Of a stretch of 64,000 bases of DNA, positions 59,625 through 64,000 are shown in pieces. The notes beneath the pieces were generated by a model. It had not been told where the DNA came from. It did no database searches and worked only from the letters and a program-made list of their open reading frames with translations. The stretch's first letter is position 1. Every line of letters starts with the position of its first letter. The DNA is from an uncultured Verrucomicrobiota bacterium (GTDB lineage: Bacteria > Verrucomicrobiota > Verrucomicrobiia > Limisphaerales > SIBE01). A program made the position numbers and the translations under genes. The stretch is from the NCBI GenBank assembly GCA_964578605.1, contig CAZODO010000014.1, positions 6,102 to 70,101 of the forward strand. Direction: 5' to 3'.

Positions 59625-60992
59625 ATGAAACAGTGCCCCCTCCTTCTTCTTGCGCTAATGCCTCTTGCCCTCTGGGCTGCCGAACCGTGCCAGGTCAACG
59701 TTGTCGATGAAGAGAACGGCTGGCCGGTGCCCCTGATCGAGCTCCGAACCACCCATCAAATGCGCTCCATCACCGACAATGCCGGCATCATCGCTCTCGA
59801 CGCTCCCGAGTTGATGAATCGCGAAACCTGGTTCGACATCGTCGGGCACGGATACGGGGTGCGCCCGGACGGGTTTGGCATGCGCGGCGTCCGGATCACG
59901 CCCACCCCCGGGGGAACGGTGACGGTGAAGGTCAAGCGCGAGATCATCGCGAAACGCCTGGGACGCCTTACCGGCGCCGGGTTGTTCGCGGAAAGCCAAA
60001 AGCTCGGGAAAGACCTGGATTGGCCGGAGTCCGGCGTGTTCGGCTGCGACAGCGTTCAGAACGCGGTGCATCGAGGCAAACTCTTCTGGGCCTGGGGCGA
60101 TACGACCATGCCGCAGTACCCGCTGGGCATCTTTCACATGACCAGCGCCACCACGGCCATCCAGCCTCTCACCTCGTTCGAGCCTCCTGTCCGGTTGAAG
60201 TTCGAATACTACCGCGATGCCAAAGGGGCGCCGCGCGGCGTGGCCGTCATGCCCGGAAGCGGCCCAACCTGGGTCAGTGCGTATGTAAGTTTGCCGGACA
60301 AGACAGGTTCCCCACGCCTGGTTGGCACTTACGTCAAGATCAAGCCGCCTATGGAGGCTTACGAGACCGGCCTCTGCGTCTGGAACGACGCCACCTCAAG
60401 CTTCGAACAGCACCGAGTCCTTTGGACCAAGAGCGACCAGGCACCCAAACAACCCCCGGCTCCAGACGGCCATCCCGCCTTCTGGAAGGATGCGGATGGC
60501 AAGGAATGGGTGCTCTTTGGCAACCCCTTGCCGAACCTCCGCTGCCCGCCCACGTTCGAAGCTTGGTCCGATCCGGCCAAGTGGGAAATCCTCCGCCCAC
60601 AGGAAACCCTCGCGTCGGCGGAAAATGGCGCGCCGGTCAAGCCGCATACCGGTTCGATCGCCTGGAACCCGTTCCGCAAGCGCTGGGTCACCGTCTTCAT
60701 GGAAGTGTTCGGGAAGCCGTCCCCTTTCGGCGAGCTTTGGTATGCCGAGTCCGCGGTTCCCACCGGTCTGTGGGGGAAGGCGGTCAAAGTTGTCACGCAC
60801 CAGAATTACACGTTTTACAACCCGCGTTTGCATCCTGAATTCACCGAAGCGAACTCGCCCATCCTGATCTTCGAAGCCACCTACACGGCGACCTTTGCGG
60901 ATCGGCCGCATCCCACACCCCGATACGATTACAACCAGGTGCTATACCGGTTGGATCTGAACGACCCGGCGCTGGCCGGGGCGCAGAACTAA
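59625..60992 (+). CDS. Secreted hypothetical protein (N-terminal beta-sandwich-like region plus a large C-terminal domain)
   Basis: Signal peptide MKQCPLLLLALMPLALWAA. No family assigned from sequence alone. Confidence 0.5.
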   Translation: MKQCPLLLLALMPLALWAAEPCQVNVVDEENGWPVPLIELRTTHQMRSITDNAGIIALDAPELMNRETWFDIVGHGYGVRPDGFGMRGVRITPTPGGTVTVKVKREIIAKRLGRLTGAGLFAESQKLGKDLDWPESGVFGCDSVQNAVHRGKLFWAWGDTTMPQYPLGIFHMTSATTAIQPLTSFEPPVRLKFEYYRDAKGAPRGVAVMPGSGPTWVSAYVSLPDKTGSPRLVGTYVKIKPPMEAYETGLCVWNDATSSFEQHRVLWTKSDQAPKQPPAPDGHPAFWKDADGKEWVLFGNPLPNLRCPPTFEAWSDPAKWEILRPQETLASAENGAPVKPHTGSIAWNPFRKRWVTVFMEVFGKPSPFGELWYAESAVPTGLWGKAVKVVTHQNYTFYNPRLHPEFTEANSPILIFEATYTATFADRPHPTPRYDYNQVLYRLDLNDPALAGAQN

Positions 60993-61029
60993 ACCCGGGA
61001 ACAGAACAAACGCGGGCCAGGATTCAGTC

Positions 61030-61150
61030 TAAACGCACGCTAAACGCACGCTAAACACATGCTAAATACACGATATACACATGATAAACGCATGAAAACA
61101 TGAGTTTGTCATGTGTGTAACATGTGTTTATCGTGCGTTTCTATCGAATA
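61030..61150. repeat. Phased 11-bp tandem array D (11 units, 121 bp), same family as array B
   Basis: taaacgcacgc x2 / taaacacatgc / taaatacacga / tatacacatga / taaacgcatga / aaacatgagtt / tgtcatgtgtg / taacatgtgtt / tatcgtgcgtt / tctatcgaata. The first 27 nt are identical to the start of array B. Confidence 0.9.
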
Positions 61151-61236
61151 CGATGCCTTGCCGCCCCCTGTTCTCTTCCGGTCTTCCTTGCACCCGGCGC
61201 TTGATCACGCCTCGCCCCGAACGCATTTTCCATCTC

Positions 61237-62262
61237 ATGGACGCCCGTCTGCACCGTGAATTGGTCAACCTCGCCCACTCCTGGATGCAGCATGACTCCG
61301 ATACGCTCCGCGATTACCTCGTGTCCGGCGTCGAAGATCCACGGTTGAACGTGCAAAGCATTCTCCTCCGCCATTTTCTGCTGGTGATCTTGTTCAGGAC
61401 GCGCTTCGAAAACGTCATGGAAGCTGAGCTTCGGTTCGCCACTGTCATGAACTGGGCGCTCGCAACGCTGGAGCAAGTGGCCGGACCGGAAGATCTGCGC
61501 GCCATTCAACATGCGCTTGAGACGGGAGCGGATGACGCCGAGGGCCTTGCGGTGCCGAAGTTCGTGACGATGACGTTCCAAGGTCTCCCGGCGGCGCCGG
61601 ACGGAGTGCCGGTCCCGAATTATCTCGAGGAATGGCTCGATCGGGCAGGGCAGGGGAGCGAGGTTGGGGCATTGGACGATGCGGTCCTTTCCACGTTCGA
61701 ACGCGCCTGGGCAGCAGCGCTGGCCAAAGAGGGTCGCGCCGGTCTCTCGGTCCTGGAATTAGCCTGTGGCTCTGCCAACGATTACCGGTTCTTTGAGCGG
61801 TTCGGCCTCGCCCGCCTGATCGATTACACAGGGATGGACCTTTGCGAGAAGAATATCGCCAACGCCCGGGCGATGTTTCCCGCCGCCCGCTTTGAATCAG
61901 GCAATGCGCTGGAAATCGCTGCTCCGGACGCCGCCTGCGATTGTTGCATCGCGCAGGATCTGTTCGAGCATCTTTCGCTCGACGCGTTGGAAAGAGCCCT
62001 TGACGAGGTCTGCCGGGTGACGCGTCGGAGCGTCTGCCTCGGGTTCTTCAACCTGCACGAAGGCGCCGAGCATATCGAGCAACCGCTGGACCGTTACCAT
62101 TGGAACAGGCTGAGTGTCGCGCGGCTTCGCGAAGGCTTGCACCGGCGCGGTTTCCAGGTGCAGATCGTGCACGTGGAAACGTTTTTGAAATGGCGTTTGG
62201 GCTGTCCGCAGACGCACAACCCAAACGCCTACACTTTGTTCGGCGAGCGGATACCCGGCTGA
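61237..62262 (+). CDS. Class I SAM-dependent methyltransferase
   Basis: VLELACGSANDY (motif I) and ...CCIAQDLFEHL... The start is uncertain (ATG 61237 preferred; ATG 61153 and 61111 lie at or within the repeat array). Confidence 0.6.
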   Translation: MDARLHRELVNLAHSWMQHDSDTLRDYLVSGVEDPRLNVQSILLRHFLLVILFRTRFENVMEAELRFATVMNWALATLEQVAGPEDLRAIQHALETGADDAEGLAVPKFVTMTFQGLPAAPDGVPVPNYLEEWLDRAGQGSEVGALDDAVLSTFERAWAAALAKEGRAGLSVLELACGSANDYRFFERFGLARLIDYTGMDLCEKNIANARAMFPAARFESGNALEIAAPDAACDCCIAQDLFEHLSLDALERALDEVCRVTRRSVCLGFFNLHEGAEHIEQPLDRYHWNRLSVARLREGLHRRGFQVQIVHVETFLKWRLGCPQTHNPNAYTLFGERIPG

Positions 62263-62330
62263 AATCGCTCGGGGCGGTTCTTCCCTGTTTTCAGGGGAAG
62301 GACTCGCTCGGTTTAGGCCATGGGCCTCAA

Positions 62331-63596
62331 CTACTGGGGCACAAGCTCGAATCGATGTTCCACCGGTTGCGCGGCGGCGCGCTGGTTCTTGACGATCTCG
62401 GCTTCTTCTTCATCCAGCGCGGCGATCAGCTGCCGGGTGGCATCCTTGACGCGGCTGGAACCGTAGCCTGCCAGGGGAACCTGGACCTGGCGCCAGCGGG
62501 TGAAATGCACATTGTTATGTTGCAGAGTCAAGCGATGCACTTCTTTGGCCTGGTTCACCATCGGCGTGGGAAGCATGGCAAGGTTGATGCCGGCGGCCAG
62601 TTGTTCGGCGCTGAATTCACCGGCTTTGACGCCGTCAATCGACAGTTGATAGGTGCCGCTCTTCAATCCGGTCACCGTCAAGGGCTGCTGGTTCAGGGCG
62701 GACTCGATATCCGACGACCGCACCGCGAGGGCCATGACGGCGTCGCTCGTGTCGATGGGGAGGGGCAGCGCCTGGTCCCGCTGCGTCCAGGAAAGCCGGT
62801 CTGATTGCGCGAGGTTCGACACGGTGCTGCGCACCGTGCGCACGACTTTCGGCGTGGCGGCCTCGATCTCGATGGCGCACACCAGGCTGGGGGCGTTCCA
62901 GGCTTTCAACAGTTCCGCAGCCATAAGGAGATGCCCGGCGGCTCCCGGATGCACGCGGTCGGGAATGATCTTCTTGGCGAGATCGGCGTCGGTGGCCTTG
63001 GCCTTCTCCAGCGCGGCAACGACCGGCCGGTTGAGATCGGCGAGCACGAAATACTCGCGGTCGGCAAGCTCCTTCAAAAATTCGCCGTAGCGGACGAGGA
63101 CCTGGTTGTAACCGCCTTCGAAGGCGGGAGGCTGGTTCACGTCGTCGAAAGGCGACGGTTGGATAAGCGTCAACCGGAGCCCGGGCGCGTGCTTCATCAG
63201 GGAAGCGACAATGTGCTCGTAGCCGGTGCGGTACCGGTCGAAGATCTGTTGGTCGAAAGCGCGGTAGGACCCGTCATTCATCCCCAGCATAATGGTCATG
63301 ACGGTCGGTTTGTAAGCGAACACATCCCGCTCCAGCCGCAAATCGACATTGCCGCCGCCACCGCCGCCCACCCGGTCACCACCCCAGCCCGAATGCGTGA
63401 AGGTGACATCGAGCGCCGGAAACCGGGTCACCACGTAGGTTTCCGTAAACGTGGTGTAAAGGCGCTGATCCGTGATGCTGTCGCCGTAGAACACGACGCG
63501 GTCGCCGTCTTGGAGATGGAAAGCTTTCTCCTGCGCCGCCGCGACAGTGCTCAAAGCGGCAAGCAGCAAGATCGATAACGAAGGGTGAAGTTTCAT
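62331..63596 (-). CDS. Secreted SGNH/GDSL hydrolase with a C-terminal beta-rich domain
   Basis: Signal peptide. VVFYGDSITDQ, IMLGMNDG and DRVHPGAAGH. Confidence 0.7.
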   Translation of the reverse strand: MKLHPSLSILLLAALSTVAAAQEKAFHLQDGDRVVFYGDSITDQRLYTTFTETYVVTRFPALDVTFTHSGWGGDRVGGGGGGNVDLRLERDVFAYKPTVMTIMLGMNDGSYRAFDQQIFDRYRTGYEHIVASLMKHAPGLRLTLIQPSPFDDVNQPPAFEGGYNQVLVRYGEFLKELADREYFVLADLNRPVVAALEKAKATDADLAKKIIPDRVHPGAAGHLLMAAELLKAWNAPSLVCAIEIEAATPKVVRTVRSTVSNLAQSDRLSWTQRDQALPLPIDTSDAVMALAVRSSDIESALNQQPLTVTGLKSGTYQLSIDGVKAGEFSAEQLAAGINLAMLPTPMVNQAKEVHRLTLQHNNVHFTRWRQVQVPLAGYGSSRVKDATRQLIAALDEEEAEIVKNQRAAAQPVEHRFELVPQ

Positions 63597-63653
63597 GAAC
63601 GCCGAGAATCCGCGAAGGATCTGCCGTTGGCAATTTGATTCGTGCCGCGGACG

Positions 63654-64000
63654 TCAGCGCGCGGGTTCGCTGCCGCTCCCGGAAACGGGTCGCCAGCCGG
63701 TGGGGCGTTGGATCCCCATGCTCTCAGCCTGGTTGTTCTCGCTCCTTTCCTGAGGCAAGAACTCGATCAGGTCGGCCCGCGCGGTGACCTTCGGGATGGA
63801 GAACAAGATGACGTAAACCCCGGACTGCTCCACCATCAGATGCGCAAACGTCTGCGGGCGCCCGGACTGCACCTCAGCGGCGGCATACATCCGATCCATC
63901 GCTTTATCGAGCGTGGCCGGAACGATGGTGATAAAGCCGAGCAGCTTAAAGCCTTTGCTCCGGCCCACCACGTTGGTGCGGACGGTGACGTAATTGCCGG
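63654..64000 (-). CDS. Hypothetical protein, C-terminal part (the ORF continues past the right edge)
   Basis: The reading frame stays open to position 64000 (...GNYVTVRTNVVGRSKGFKLLGFITIVPATLDKAMDRMY...). No family recognised. Confidence 0.4.
   Translation of the reverse strand, partial: GNYVTVRTNVVGRSKGFKLLGFITIVPATLDKAMDRMYAAAEVQSGRPQTFAHLMVEQSGVYVILFSIPKVTARADLIEFLPQERSENNQAESMGIQRPTGWRPVSGSGSEPAR

Overview
GC-rich bacterial chromosomal segment. Gene content (many secreted or Tat-signal CAZymes, a CRTAC1/FG-GAP protein, an isolated nuoABCD block) suggests a PVC-type organism such as Verrucomicrobiota, but this is a low-confidence inference. The left 9.6 kb carries a complete type III-B CRISPR-Cas effector operon on the minus strand (cas10/cmr2-cmr3-cmr4-cmr5-cmr6-cmr1). 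It is followed by a Card1/Can2-like CARF nuclease and the start of a second CARF gene. I could not find a CRISPR array, cas6 or cas1/cas2 anywhere in the window. The remainder is mostly housekeeping (nrdJ, der, gpx, hpf, bioF/bioA, panC, nadB, nuoABCD), a glycan-degradation cluster (GH36, GH116, GH32, GH50-like, CE15-like, SGNH esterases), small toxin-antitoxin-like pairs and membrane or redox proteins. The most unusual signal is non-coding. Four clear (and one weaker) AT-enriched intergenic arrays are built from strictly phased 11-bp units, and three of them are exactly 11 units (121 bp) by my count. Their unit cores are related, and distal and proximal units are in opposite (head-to-head) orientation. 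Each sits roughly 75-100 bp upstream of a likely start codon. They do not match CRISPRs, iterons or any operator type I recognise. I saw no rRNA, tRNA, transposase or integrase genes. The many long ORFs antisense to real genes are GC-driven shadow ORFs. Several starts in the ORF track are GTG/TTG, and I trimmed those to better-supported starts.
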